Of a stretch of 64,000 nucleotides of DNA, positions 18,763-29,379 are shown piece by piece (the stretch's first letter is position 1; each line of letters begins with the position of its first letter). This stretch comes from a bacterium (GTDB lineage Bacteria; UBA8248). Both the position numbers and the translations under genes were made by a program. The notes beneath the pieces were generated by a model. It searched no databases. It had not been told where the DNA came from and saw only the letters and a program-made list of their open reading frames with translations. Location of the stretch: contig OZ242260.1 in NCBI GenBank assembly GCA_965207065.1, forward strand, positions 2,336,001 through 2,400,000. The letters run 5' to 3'.

Positions 18763-19548
18763 ATGAACAACGTATATGCAATGGGCTTCGCCTGTCTGCT
18801 CGCGCTCCTGACGGCCGTCTCCGCAGACGCCCGGGAGTGGCGCTCCTGGTGCGGCGCGGAAGCTCCCCTCGGCTGGCACTTCTACTGCGACCGTGATGAG
18901 AAGAAGGACGAGGAAACGCAGGCGGGGCAGACGCCTCCTCCAAGCTCCAAAGAGCGCATCCATTCTTTGCGCAAGGCGCTCGAAGATGCCCGGGCGCAGG
19001 CGATCCTGGAACCGACTCCTGAGAACGTCACGGCCTACCTCCGCCTGCAGCAAAGGGCGCTGCAATCCGCCGCCGCGTTCTCAGACGCCTTCAGGCGCGC
19101 GGTCTGGGCGAACCCGGGTCTGGACTACACGCTGAGACGCCCCGTGGGCGCGCTCGCCAAGAGGCTCTGGTCCGAGGAGCGCCGGGCGGAGCGCGACGCG
19201 GCGCTCGCACGTCTCGGGGAGCGCTACGGACTCATCTACCTGGGATCGGAAAAATGTCCGGCCTGCCGCGTATTCGGGCCATTGCTGCGCGCCTTCGCGC
19301 TTCGTCACGGGCTTGAGGTTCTCGCCGTCACGATGACGGGTGGAGCGCTCGAGGGCTGGCCGGAGGCGGTCGCAGATCAGGGCCGCGCCGAGCGCCTGGG
19401 CATCAAGGCCCCGGTGCTTCCTGCCCTCATCCTCTACGACACGAAGGCCAGGCGCGCGATGCCCGTCTCATACGGAGTGGTCGCCGAGGACCAGCTGGCC
19501 GAGCGCATCTTCGCCCTGACCGCAAGGGAGGTCGGCAGTGACTACTAG
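18763..19548 (+). CDS. traF: TraF thioredoxin-like protein
   Basis: GWHFYCD, AILEPTPENV, CPAC motif. Confidence 0.9.
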   Translation: MNNVYAMGFACLLALLTAVSADAREWRSWCGAEAPLGWHFYCDRDEKKDEETQAGQTPPPSSKERIHSLRKALEDARAQAILEPTPENVTAYLRLQQRALQSAAAFSDAFRRAVWANPGLDYTLRRPVGALAKRLWSEERRAERDAALARLGERYGLIYLGSEKCPACRVFGPLLRAFALRHGLEVLAVTMTGGALEGWPEAVADQGRAERLGIKAPVLPALILYDTKARRAMPVSYGVVAEDQLAERIFALTAREVGSDY

Positions 19549-20950
19549 ACGGATTTTCATGCTGCTCATTCTGAGTGCAACACTCTTTTGTGTTGCCCCC
19601 GCCCGCGCGGACGTCCTGTCGGAGATGGAGAACTTCTGGCGGGGCGCCGCTGTGAACACCACCGGGCCCACCGCATTCGACGGCCAGGCATCCGGCCACT
19701 GGACGCTCGGGAACCTTTATTTGAGAGCGCCCGTGCGCTCCGAGTCGATCGCGACGGTGAGCCTGCCTTCTTACCGCGCCGGCTGCGGGGGCATCGACGC
19801 GTTCGCGGGAGCGTTTTCCTTCATCGATTCGGACCAGATGATCGCCTTCGCGCGCGCCGTGGCGCAGAACGCGGCGGGCTTCGCCTTCGAACTCGCGCTC
19901 GAGACCATCTCGCCCGTGATCGCCGAGACGATGTCGAAGCTGAGAGCGCTCGCCCAGTGGGTGAACAACCAGAACGTAAACTCCTGCGAGACCGCCCAGG
20001 CTCTCGTCGGCGCGGTGTGGTCCAAGAACGACCGCGCGAGTGCGGCGATCTGCGCCGCGATCGGGACGCGGCAGGGGATTTTTTCGGACTACGCCGCCGC
20101 GCGCCACGGCTGCGGCGCGGACGGGAAACGCAATTCGACCCTGGCCGCGGCATCGGGGCCGCTCAGGGAACAGACGCCGGTCAACGTGAACTACGCCTGG
20201 CGCGCCGTTCAGGCCTCGGGCTTCCTGGCATCCGACCGCGATTTAGGGGAATTTGCCATGTCGGTCGCAGGATCGATCATCGTGACCGCCCCGGTCACAG
20301 ACGCCGATTCTTCCGGTCCCCGGGTGCGCGTGCTCGAACCCCTGGCGCTCGATCGCCGCGTGACCGAGGTCCTGATGGAAGGGGGCGGCGACCTGCCGGT
20401 CTACCGGTGCGACACTCCCGCCGAGTGTCTCAACCCCACGCTCGGACGCCTCACGGTGCCCGCGGCGCGGGGTTTCAGGAACCGGGTCGCGGAACTGCTC
20501 CGCCGCCTCGTCGACGCGGTGCGGACGGACACGGCGCCGCCGCCGGACGCCCTGGGACTCGTGAACTTAACCACCTTGCCCGTCTACCGGCTCGTGAACG
20601 CGGCCGCCGCCTACCGCGGCGCAGTGGTGGAGCAGGAGGTGGAAACACTCGCCGAAGCCGTGGCGCTCGACGTGCTCCAGGTATGGATATCGGACCTTCA
20701 CCGCGCGATCGAGGAGCGAGCGGGCTCGATGGACGTCGCGGACGGCGAGCGTCTCACGCGCTGGCGCGAGGGTTTGAGAAGAAACCGAACCGCCCTCGCT
20801 CGCCACCGAAACGAGGGTCTGAAACGCTTCAACACCGCTCTCGCCGTGGTCGAGAAACTCCGTCTCATCGAGACCGAACTCGCAGGCGCTCTCTCGGCCG
20901 ATCTGCGCGCTGCGCTCGCTTTCTCGCGCGGTGCCGGGGCCTCGAGATAG
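19538..20950 (+). CDS. traH: TraH
   Basis: PSYRAGCGGIDAFAGAFSFI, FELALETISP, NSCETAQALV. Confidence 0.93.
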   Translation: MTTRRIFMLLILSATLFCVAPARADVLSEMENFWRGAAVNTTGPTAFDGQASGHWTLGNLYLRAPVRSESIATVSLPSYRAGCGGIDAFAGAFSFIDSDQMIAFARAVAQNAAGFAFELALETISPVIAETMSKLRALAQWVNNQNVNSCETAQALVGAVWSKNDRASAAICAAIGTRQGIFSDYAAARHGCGADGKRNSTLAAASGPLREQTPVNVNYAWRAVQASGFLASDRDLGEFAMSVAGSIIVTAPVTDADSSGPRVRVLEPLALDRRVTEVLMEGGGDLPVYRCDTPAECLNPTLGRLTVPAARGFRNRVAELLRRLVDAVRTDTAPPPDALGLVNLTTLPVYRLVNAAAAYRGAVVEQEVETLAEAVALDVLQVWISDLHRAIEERAGSMDVADGERLTRWREGLRRNRTALARHRNEGLKRFNTALAVVEKLRLIETELAGALSADLRAALAFSRGAGASR

Positions 20951-20971
20951 TGACGCAGAAAGAGACAACCC

Positions 20972-23899
20972 ATGTATGAAATCTTCACCCTGGGAGGCGG
21001 GACCTACCTGGTCGACCTCCTGAACGCCGTTGCCGCCATCACGGGCGGGGGCGCCTTCGTCATGCTGGCGCAGATCGCGGGGATCACGGGACTCGCCTGG
21101 GCGCTCTTCCGCACCGCTTTCGGCGGGTCGTGGAAGGACAACGCCAAATGGTTGCTGCTCTTCGTCTGTGTGTGGGGCGCGCTGGTGGTCCCGAAGGGAA
21201 CGGTGCGCGTGGTGGACAGGCTGGACCCCGCGCTCGCGCCGGCGGTCGTTGCGAACGTGCCGCTGGGTCTCGCGCTGTTCGCCTCGCTCACGAGCCGGGT
21301 GGGAGACGGGTTAACGCGCCTCACCGAACAGGCCTTCTCGCTTCCGAACGATTTGGCTTACCGCCGACACGGGCTCATCTTCGGCGCGAGGCTCGCCGCC
21401 GCAACGACCCGGATGGAGGTGACCGACGCCGTCTTTGCCCGGAATCTCAGGGCCTACGCCCGGCAGTGCGTGTTCCACGCCCTGCTTTTGGGCCACATAT
21501 CGGCGGACGACCTGCGCGAGAGCACGGACCTCTGGGCGCTCGTCACGGCTTCGGGATCGCCCTCCGCCGGCGCCTCGCCCGCGCGCATGGTGGAATACGT
21601 CACCCGTGGCGCGGCCTCGGGGACGGGCGCCACGACGCTGGACCGCGCGATTGTGACCTGCTCGGCCGCCGCCTCTCGCCTTGACGCCCTCTGGGGGGCG
21701 GAGATAACGCGCGCCTCGGGCATATTCGGGATGAGGCTCTTCCCGGGGGTCGCGAGCGAGGCGCTCGCGCGGGCGGAACTCATGGCGGCGCTTCCCGCCG
21801 CGCACGATTTCCTGATCGGGGCGTCGCGCTCAGCCGCCGAGGCGCTTCGCCAGCAGATGGTGCTGAACGCCGTACACGACGCGGGCGAGCAGTGGAGCGC
21901 CGAAGCCGGAAATGCCGCGGCGCTGAGGTCCTATACCGAGGCCCGCGCCCAGGCCCAGACCGTATCGGCCTACCGGGCGATCGGAAGACAGGCGGAGACC
22001 TGGGTGCCGATGCTGCGGATCGTCTTCGAGTGCCTCTACATCGGCGCGTTCCCGATGGCGGTCCTGTTGATGCTCACCCCTGCGGGCGGCGCGATATTCC
22101 GCTCCTACTTCTCGGGTCTGGTGTGGCTGCAGAGCTGGGGTCCGCTCTACGCGATCCTGCACCGGGTCGCGATGGGAGAAGCCGCGCAGCGCATGAGCGC
22201 GGCAGCGCTCATGCCGGGCGGGGACGTCGGCGTTTCGCTCGTGGCCCAGGCGGGTATCCGGGCCGTGACTTCGGATGTGGCCGTGATGTCGGGCTACCTC
22301 TCGATGTCGGTGCCCTTTCTCGCCGCGGCCTTGGCCTACGGTGTCGGCCGCGCGACCTCGCTCGCCACTTCGGTCCTCTCGGTCGGACAGGACGCGGCCT
22401 CGTCCGCTGCCCAGGAAGGCACAACGGGCAACATTTCATTGGGAAACACGAGCGCGGACACGCACCGCTTCGCCTCCGTCGAGGGTCACCAGGTCAGGAC
22501 CTCCGCGCAGGTGGACACAGGGAGGTACACCGGCTTCGCTCCCGGCGGCGCGGCCTACACCGTGACCGGCGAGGGCGCCGCCGTGATGGACGCGAGTTCC
22601 GCCACTAGCCGGGTGCCTGCGGCGGGCGTCAGGCTCTCGGAATCCCTGGCGCAGAGCCATGAAGTCCGTGCAGGCGCAGCGGTCGAGCAGGCCCGTCACT
22701 TCTCGGCCGAGGCGGCCGCAGCCAGGACGGCCGCCGCGACGGATTCCGCCGCCATGGTCGAGCGGTTCTCTCATGACGTGCGAAGCGGCGTCACCCACGC
22801 GCGGGGTGTCACGGAGAGCGAGAACGCGGGCGCGCAGCGTCTGGAATCCCATATCGAGAAACTCTCACAGGCCGGCGGGATCACGAAGGATCAAGCCGCA
22901 AGTCTCGCGAGCGAGGCCAGGGTGGGAGGCGGATTCGATTTCATTGTCAGGATAGGCGCTAACGGCTCTGCGAGCTGGCGCGGACAGACGTTCTCGCGCG
23001 AGGCCTGGAACCGGATGACGGACTACGCGGGACAAAGCGGATTATTGGACCTCTGGTCGCGCGTGGCGGACGCTTCCAAGCGCTACGCGAGCGCAACCGG
23101 CGAGAGCGAGATGAAGAGCCTGGAGGAGAGTATGGGCGCCAATCTCACGCGCATGCGGCGCTTCAGCGAGCAGGAGGCGGTGAGCAGGCGCGAGGCTGAA
23201 AACTGGAGCACGCAGGCGGCCGAGGTGCGCGCGAACGCGCGATCGATAGAGAGCGAACTCGGACAGCCCTTCTTCGCGTGGCTGACGACGCGGGTGGGCG
23301 CGGACGGGCGCGAGATAGGCGCCGCGGGCGCGATGCGCCTGGCATCTCCTCAGACGACCGAAGACGCGGAAGTGCTGCGCGCCCATGCCGCCGCCTTCAT
23401 CGCCGAGCGTTATCCGGCGGGCGGAGGGGTTGAACCGGCGCCGGTTCGAGCAGAATTCGATCATGCGAGGGCAGGATTGCGCGAAGCGGACGGGACGGAC
23501 GCGGCGTGGAATGACTGGTCGAGGTCGGTGCGCGAAAGGGCGAGCGGCGAAGGCGCGCCCAGGCCGGGCGGCGCCGGTGAACGGGCCGCGCGCGGACGCG
23601 CGGAGATCGAGACCGAACTCGACATCCGCGAAGCTGGCCGGGCGGCCCGCAGGGGAGTGACGGGGGAGCGAATCGGGGAGGGGCGTCCTGAAATCGCCGC
23701 GGAGACCAAGAAGCCCTTCTCGGAACACGTCGTGGAGGACTTGCCCGTCGTCGGCGATTGGCTGGGGGGCAAACTCTACGGCACCGCGCGGAACGCGGCG
23801 CCCGGGGGGGATGAGAAGAAAGCCGTGTCCGAACGGGAGAGGAAGAAAGAAAGCGGAGGCGGGAGCGGGTTTTCAGGCGATCAGGTGATGGGGCCGTGA
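20972..23899 (+). CDS. traG: TraG (F-type)
   Basis: YEIFTLGGG...LNAVAA, VANVPLGLA, WLQSWGPLYAILH; long soluble C-terminus. Confidence 0.92.
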   Translation: MYEIFTLGGGTYLVDLLNAVAAITGGGAFVMLAQIAGITGLAWALFRTAFGGSWKDNAKWLLLFVCVWGALVVPKGTVRVVDRLDPALAPAVVANVPLGLALFASLTSRVGDGLTRLTEQAFSLPNDLAYRRHGLIFGARLAAATTRMEVTDAVFARNLRAYARQCVFHALLLGHISADDLRESTDLWALVTASGSPSAGASPARMVEYVTRGAASGTGATTLDRAIVTCSAAASRLDALWGAEITRASGIFGMRLFPGVASEALARAELMAALPAAHDFLIGASRSAAEALRQQMVLNAVHDAGEQWSAEAGNAAALRSYTEARAQAQTVSAYRAIGRQAETWVPMLRIVFECLYIGAFPMAVLLMLTPAGGAIFRSYFSGLVWLQSWGPLYAILHRVAMGEAAQRMSAAALMPGGDVGVSLVAQAGIRAVTSDVAVMSGYLSMSVPFLAAALAYGVGRATSLATSVLSVGQDAASSAAQEGTTGNISLGNTSADTHRFASVEGHQVRTSAQVDTGRYTGFAPGGAAYTVTGEGAAVMDASSATSRVPAAGVRLSESLAQSHEVRAGAAVEQARHFSAEAAAARTAAATDSAAMVERFSHDVRSGVTHARGVTESENAGAQRLESHIEKLSQAGGITKDQAASLASEARVGGGFDFIVRIGANGSASWRGQTFSREAWNRMTDYAGQSGLLDLWSRVADASKRYASATGESEMKSLEESMGANLTRMRRFSEQEAVSRREAENWSTQAAEVRANARSIESELGQPFFAWLTTRVGADGREIGAAGAMRLASPQTTEDAEVLRAHAAAFIAERYPAGGGVEPAPVRAEFDHARAGLREADGTDAAWNDWSRSVRERASGEGAPRPGGAGERAARGRAEIETELDIREAGRAARRGVTGERIGEGRPEIAAETKKPFSEHVVEDLPVVGDWLGGKLYGTARNAAPGGDEKKAVSERERKKESGGGSGFSGDQVMGP

Positions 23900-24228
23900 C
23901 CGAAGGGACCATCGTCATCGTAAAGCCCTCCCTCCTCGTAATCACGGCGCCAGGCGTAACGGCCCGTCCGCGTCGACCAGTCGAAGTGCTCGTCGTCTCT
24001 TTCGGGGAGCGTGTAGCCGGTGAAGACGGAACGATCCCCCTGGAACGCCCGCCACAGGGCGCCGGCAAGCGCCGTGAGAAAACTCCAGATCACGGCCCAG
24101 AACCAGGCGGCGAACAGCAGGCTCGCGCCGCTCCCGGACGCGAGGACGCAGAGGGTGAAGAGAAAAGCGATTGCGGGTCCGGCGAGGACCAGACAATGGG
24201 CCAAAGCGGATGGTTTCTGGTTTTTCAT
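23881..24228 (-). CDS. Small membrane protein, candidate entry-exclusion factor
   Basis: Two TM helices and an acidic tail; GAGGAG RBS; convergent with and overlapping the traG 3' end. Confidence 0.55.
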   Translation of the reverse strand: MKNQKPSALAHCLVLAGPAIAFLFTLCVLASGSGASLLFAAWFWAVIWSFLTALAGALWRAFQGDRSVFTGYTLPERDDEHFDWSTRTGRYAWRRDYEEGGLYDDDGPFGHGPIT

Positions 24229-24393
24229 GGATGGCTCCTCATGAATTGTAATTCAACGGAAGTCGGGGCCACGGACTCTCCCGGGACCCCGCTCTTTCGC
24301 CCCCGCCCCACCCTCCTCGACCTCCGTGCGGCGCATCGCGGGCCGGAACCACCCGAAACACTTTTGCTCATAAAACCTGAACGGGAGGACAAT

Positions 24394-26334
24394 ATGACCA
24401 TCGGAAACGCCACCCTTCGCGGCGGCCAGACGCTGCTTCACGACGCCCGCATGTGGGGCCAACTCGCGCGCTGGGGCGTCGTGGGACTCGTACTCGCCAT
24501 CGTCCTGACCCCTGCGGTGAGTCTCTTCACGACGACGAGCGCGCACGAATGGCGCGTCGTGGGACTCGGGACACTCGCCGAGGCCAAGCTCGCCATCGGC
24601 TATTCTCCCGATTCGGGCCAGGTCTACGAGTGGGGAGAAGGCGTGCAGGTGATCGAATCCATCTCCCTGATCGCGTCCGACCCCAGGATCGAGCGCATCA
24701 GGAGGCGGTTTCTCGCTACCATTCATACGAAAGCGTGGCTGGGCCTCTGGCTGGGGCTCTCGTGCGTGGCCGCATTCATCGTCACCTTCTGGCTGCTGGG
24801 CAGGCGCATGGCGCGCGCGAGGCGGATCCGGGGCGCCGAGATGACCACGGCGCAGGCGCTCGCAAGACGCGTTACGCCTTTCTTCTCCCGCCTGACGGGA
24901 GGATTCTTCCCGACCGCGCGCGGGTCCACGCCCCGTATCGCGGGTGTCCCCTGGCCCGAGCGGGCAGAAACCCAGCACACCATCGTCTCGGGCACCACGG
25001 GTTCGGGGAAGACCGTCCTGATCTCGGACCTGGTATCCCAGATTCGCGAACGGGGGGAGCGCTGCATCCTCTACGACAAGATGGGAAGCTACACGCGTGC
25101 GTTCTTCGACCCCGCCCGCGACGTGCTCATGAATCCCCTGGACGCCCGGGCGCCGCGGTGGTCGCCCTTCCTGGAAGCCAGGACGCCCAGGGACTTCGAC
25201 ACGATGGCGGCGGCGCTCATCCCCCAGCAGAAGGACACGGTGGACCCCTTCTGGGTGACGGCCGCGCGGCAGCTGTTCGCGAACGGCGCGGGCGTCCTCT
25301 GGAAGCGCGGCGTGACGGAGAACAGCGTACTCGTAAAACACCTGCTCAAGACGGAGTTGACTGCCCTCGCAGAGGCCATGGAGGGCACGGTGGCGCAGTC
25401 CATCGTGGACCCCGAAAACCCCAAGACCGCGCTCTCGGTGCGCGCCATGCTGACCGCGCACCTGGGCGCGCTCGAGTGCCTGCCCGACTCAGGAAAACCG
25501 TTTTCGATAAGGGAGTGGGTGGAGCGGGAGGACGAGGCGGGCTTCCTGTTCCTGACCTCGCGCGGGGACCAGCATGCGAGCCTCCGGGGCCTCATATCGA
25601 CCTGGCTCGAGATCGCCGTGAACGCGCTCTTATCCCTCGCGCAGGACGATGGGCGCAGGATTTGGATCGTGCTCGATGAGCTTCCCACCCTCCACCAGGT
25701 TCCGAGCTTACAACCCGGTCTCGCCGAATCGCGCCAGTTCGGGGGGTGTTTCGTACTGGGGATCCAGGTGATCTCGGCGCTCCGCGATCTCTACGGGCGA
25801 AACGGCGCCGAGACCGTGTCGGGTCTCTGCGGCACCCGGGTGGTGCTGGCAGCGCCCGACCAGGAGACGGCGCGCTGGTCGGCAGAGAGCCTGGGGAGAG
25901 GCGAGGTCACCGAATACGCGGAGGGTCTCAGCTACGGCGCCAGCGCGATGCGCGACGGTGTATCACTCACCCAGCGCCGGGAGATGCGGCCACTGGCGCT
26001 GCCTTCCGAGATCATGCGCCTCGAAAACCTCGACGGCTACCTCAAGTTCCCGGGTCCCTGGCCCGTGGCGCAAATCCGGCTCGACTATGTGAAAAGGCCC
26101 AAGGCGGCCGAGAGTTTCATCCCGAGAGAGGGTGTGACGCTTCCCGATCCGAAGGAAGACGCGGGAACCGAAGCGCCGGAAACCGTGAACGCTCCCTCCG
26201 ATGAGGAGACTGCTCCGTCCGGTGGTCACGAAACAGACCCTGAAAGCGGCTCTGCTCCTCCCCTGCCGGAAAACAGCGGAAACGACACGCCCGGCTCCGG
26301 GGAGCCGCAAGGCTATCGCCTGAGGAGCTACTGA
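24394..26334 (+). CDS. traD: Type IV coupling protein TraD
   Basis: GGAGG RBS before ATG 24394; two TMs; SGTTGSGKT; LDELPTL; SRQFGGCFVLGIQ. Confidence 0.92.
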   Translation: MTIGNATLRGGQTLLHDARMWGQLARWGVVGLVLAIVLTPAVSLFTTTSAHEWRVVGLGTLAEAKLAIGYSPDSGQVYEWGEGVQVIESISLIASDPRIERIRRRFLATIHTKAWLGLWLGLSCVAAFIVTFWLLGRRMARARRIRGAEMTTAQALARRVTPFFSRLTGGFFPTARGSTPRIAGVPWPERAETQHTIVSGTTGSGKTVLISDLVSQIRERGERCILYDKMGSYTRAFFDPARDVLMNPLDARAPRWSPFLEARTPRDFDTMAAALIPQQKDTVDPFWVTAARQLFANGAGVLWKRGVTENSVLVKHLLKTELTALAEAMEGTVAQSIVDPENPKTALSVRAMLTAHLGALECLPDSGKPFSIREWVEREDEAGFLFLTSRGDQHASLRGLISTWLEIAVNALLSLAQDDGRRIWIVLDELPTLHQVPSLQPGLAESRQFGGCFVLGIQVISALRDLYGRNGAETVSGLCGTRVVLAAPDQETARWSAESLGRGEVTEYAEGLSYGASAMRDGVSLTQRREMRPLALPSEIMRLENLDGYLKFPGPWPVAQIRLDYVKRPKAAESFIPREGVTLPDPKEDAGTEAPETVNAPSDEETAPSGGHETDPESGSAPPLPENSGNDTPGSGEPQGYRLRSY

Positions 26335-26335
26335 A

Positions 26336-29176
26336 ATGGTCGCGTCGATCGGCGCCGTAGCCGCGCCCGCGCAGTGTGTCTCCTACTTCGAGCGCGACGA
26401 CTACTACACGAAGGAAGACCCGAACCACCGGGAGGCGAGCGCCTGGCGCGGCAGGGGCGCCGAGGACCTGGGGCTGTCGGGTCCGGTCGACCCCGATACC
26501 CTCCGCTCCGTGCTTGATGGCGTGGTCCCCGACGGTTCGGGGCGCAGGCTCGGGCGCCCGGGAAAGGACGGGTCGTTCCACCACCGTCCCGGCCGCGACC
26601 TCACCCTCTCGGCCCCAAAGTCCGTCTCGCTGCTGGCCTACCTGGGCGGCGATGCGCGCGCGATTTGGGCCCACCAGGTCGCCGTGGCGCGCACCCTCGA
26701 CTGGGTCGAGCGAAACGTCGCCGAAACCAGGATGAGCGACCCTAAGACAGGACAGATTGTCCGCGTGGGGGACCAGAAGAGCGTGGTCGCGACCTTCCGG
26801 CACGATACGTCGCGCAACCTGGACCCCCTGCTCCACACGCACGCGGTAATCGCCAACATGGTCCGGGGGACGGACGGCAAGTGGAGGACCATGTCCAACG
26901 AAAAACTCTATGCGAGCAAGATGCTGATCGGCGCCCACTACCGGGCCGAACTCGCCCGGGGTCTCGAAAACTTCGGCTACCGGGTCGAGAAGACCCACGC
27001 CGACGGGTGCTTCGAGGTCGAGGGCGTCCCCAGGGACGTGATCGAGGCGTTCTCGACCAGGCGGGCGGAGATCGAGAAGGCGATGGAAGAACGCGGACTC
27101 GGCAAGACGTCTGAGAACCAGCGCGCCGCCCAGCGGGCCGCGCTCATGACGCGGGACCCCAAGCGGGAAGCCGACAAGGGGACGCTCATGGCTGTATGGG
27201 AGAAGCAGGCCGCTGATCTCGGCTTCGACGCCGTCGCCCTCAAGGCGCAGGCGATGGAGAGGAGGGCCGTATCCCGCGACGCCGGCCGGAGCGCGGCGGA
27301 CGTCGAACCCGCCCGCGAGGCCGTGGAATGGGCCGTCGCGCATCTCTCGGAACGCGAGGCCGTCTTCGACCGCGCCGCTCTGCTCGCGGGCGCGCTCGCC
27401 TGGCGGCCGGGCGCGGTCTCGATGGCGAATGCTGTGCGCGAGGTGGAGAGACTCGAAAAAACAGGCGTCCTGCACGCAGCGGACCTGCCCGGAGTGAAGG
27501 ACATGATCACGACGGAGAAGGCCGCGGCGGCGGAGCGCGAGACCATCGCCCTGGTGGAGGCAGGACGCGGACGGGGCGCGCCCGCCATGCGCGGCCGCGC
27601 CGTTGACAAGGCGCTCAGAAACGGACCGCTGACCCATGGCCAGCGCGAGGCCGTCAAGCTGATCCTCACCGACTCCGACCGCGTCGTCGGCGTGCAGGGC
27701 TACGCGGGCGCCGGCAAGACGAAGATGTTAAAGCGCGCCCGCGCGCTCCTCGAGAAGCGCGGCTACGAGGTCCGGGGCCTGGCGCCCTCGGCCTCGGCCG
27801 CAAGGACCCTCGAAGCCGAGGCCGGGATCGGGAGCGAGACGCTCCAGCGTTTCCTCACGCGATATACAGACGTCGCCCGGGGCAGTCTCACGAGGAAAGC
27901 CCAAAAACACTTGCGCGCGGGCTACGCGAAGACCGCTCTCGTGGTGGACGAGGGTTCCCTCGCATCGACGCGCGAGATGCGCGAGCTCCTGCGTATCGCG
28001 CAGACCTTGCGCCTGCCCCGGGTCGTGCTCGTGGGCGACGCGAAACAATTAGACGCCGTCGACGCCGGCAAACCCTTCGCGCAGCTGCAGGCCGCGGGCA
28101 TGAAGACGGCGACCATGAACGAGATCATGCGCCAGCGCGACCCCGATCTCAAAGCCGCCGTAGAGGCCACGCTCGCGGGCGACGTGAAGCGCGCCTTCGA
28201 GAAACTGGGTTCCAACGTAGCCGAGGTGAAACCCGACAACCTCGCGGGCGCCGCCGCCGCGCGATGGCTTGCGCTCCCGCAAGAGGCGCGGGCGAACGCC
28301 GGACTCATGGCGCCGAGCCACGCGATCCGCGAGAAGATCAACGCCATCGTCCGCGAGCGCCTGGTCAGGGACGGAGTCGTCCACGGCCCGGCCTTCCTCA
28401 CGCAGCGCCTCGTCTCGCGCGGCTACACCAACCCCGAGAAATCGCTCGCCGCGAACTACGCGCCAGGCGACGTGGTCGCCTTCCATCGCCCCTACAAGCG
28501 CATCGGCGTCGAGAAGGGAGACGAGTTGCGCGTGGCGGGCGTCGACCACGCGAACGCCGCGGTCATCCTTGAAGGCAGGCGTGGAGAGGAAGTCCGCTGG
28601 GAGCCCGGCCGTCTCGCGGCGCGTACCGGCGGTGTTGAGGTCTACAAGGTCGAGCATATGGAACTGCGCCAGGGCGACAAGGTCCGCTGGACCCGGAACG
28701 ATCCGGACCTCGGTCTCATGAACAGCCAGGCCGCCGAAGTGACGGACGTCAGGGGCGGGCGCGTCACCTTCCGCATCGAGGACGGGCGCGTCCTGGACAT
28801 GACGAGCGCCGATCCCCAGCTTCGCCACGTCGACCGCGCATGGGCCTCGACCGTCCATGCCTTCCAGGGCAGAACGGTCGATACCGTCATCGCCGCCATG
28901 GAAGCCAACCACCCCGAGCTCACCAACCAGAAGACGCTCTACGTCGAGATCAGCCGCGCCCGGGACCGGGCGGAACTCGTGACGGATGACGCAAGAGCGC
29001 TGCGCGAGCGGATCGAAGCCGCGACGGGGGAGCGCATCGCGGCGCTCGAGGCGATCGGAGCGGGCAAGGCGGAGAGCATCGGGGCCGAGAAGCCGAACGA
29101 GGCGACGCAGGCAATCGAGCGGCGGTCGCCGGCGATGGAGAAGACCCGATCGGATCGAGGGATGGAGATGCCGTAG
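26336..29176 (+). CDS. traI: MOB-F (TrwC/TraI) relaxase-helicase
   Basis: SYFERDDYY, DLTLSAPKSVS, HDTSRNLDPLLHTH (HUH), QGYAGAGKT, VDEGSL, YVEISRAR. Confidence 0.95.
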   Translation: MVASIGAVAAPAQCVSYFERDDYYTKEDPNHREASAWRGRGAEDLGLSGPVDPDTLRSVLDGVVPDGSGRRLGRPGKDGSFHHRPGRDLTLSAPKSVSLLAYLGGDARAIWAHQVAVARTLDWVERNVAETRMSDPKTGQIVRVGDQKSVVATFRHDTSRNLDPLLHTHAVIANMVRGTDGKWRTMSNEKLYASKMLIGAHYRAELARGLENFGYRVEKTHADGCFEVEGVPRDVIEAFSTRRAEIEKAMEERGLGKTSENQRAAQRAALMTRDPKREADKGTLMAVWEKQAADLGFDAVALKAQAMERRAVSRDAGRSAADVEPAREAVEWAVAHLSEREAVFDRAALLAGALAWRPGAVSMANAVREVERLEKTGVLHAADLPGVKDMITTEKAAAAERETIALVEAGRGRGAPAMRGRAVDKALRNGPLTHGQREAVKLILTDSDRVVGVQGYAGAGKTKMLKRARALLEKRGYEVRGLAPSASAARTLEAEAGIGSETLQRFLTRYTDVARGSLTRKAQKHLRAGYAKTALVVDEGSLASTREMRELLRIAQTLRLPRVVLVGDAKQLDAVDAGKPFAQLQAAGMKTATMNEIMRQRDPDLKAAVEATLAGDVKRAFEKLGSNVAEVKPDNLAGAAAARWLALPQEARANAGLMAPSHAIREKINAIVRERLVRDGVVHGPAFLTQRLVSRGYTNPEKSLAANYAPGDVVAFHRPYKRIGVEKGDELRVAGVDHANAAVILEGRRGEEVRWEPGRLAARTGGVEVYKVEHMELRQGDKVRWTRNDPDLGLMNSQAAEVTDVRGGRVTFRIEDGRVLDMTSADPQLRHVDRAWASTVHAFQGRTVDTVIAAMEANHPELTNQKTLYVEISRARDRAELVTDDARALRERIEAATGERIAALEAIGAGKAESIGAEKPNEATQAIERRSPAMEKTRSDRGMEMP

Positions 29177-29379
29177 AATCACGACCGGGTTTCATCGGCG
29201 CCCGACAATCGGAGTTTCACCCCGTCGAAATGTCCAGCCGCGCCGTTCACGGAGAGGAACATCTTCGGCCTCGCTTCGAAGGCCTGTCCGAGCGCGTCCC
29301 TGCCGAAGCGCGTCGTGCTCAGCCCGTGGCGCGACCCGGGTTTCCGTTGTCCGTCCCGGTGTGTCGCTCGATCTTCTTT

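Noticed and set aside
23896-24393. 166-aa N-terminal extension of TraD in the ORF track
   Set aside because: It overlaps the opposite-strand membrane gene; the RBS and TraD-like sequence begin at 24394.
26117-29182. Long minus-strand ORFs (506, 377 aa) and similar long antisense ORFs across the window
   Set aside because: Typical stop-poor shadow frames of high-GC genes, with no recognisable motifs.
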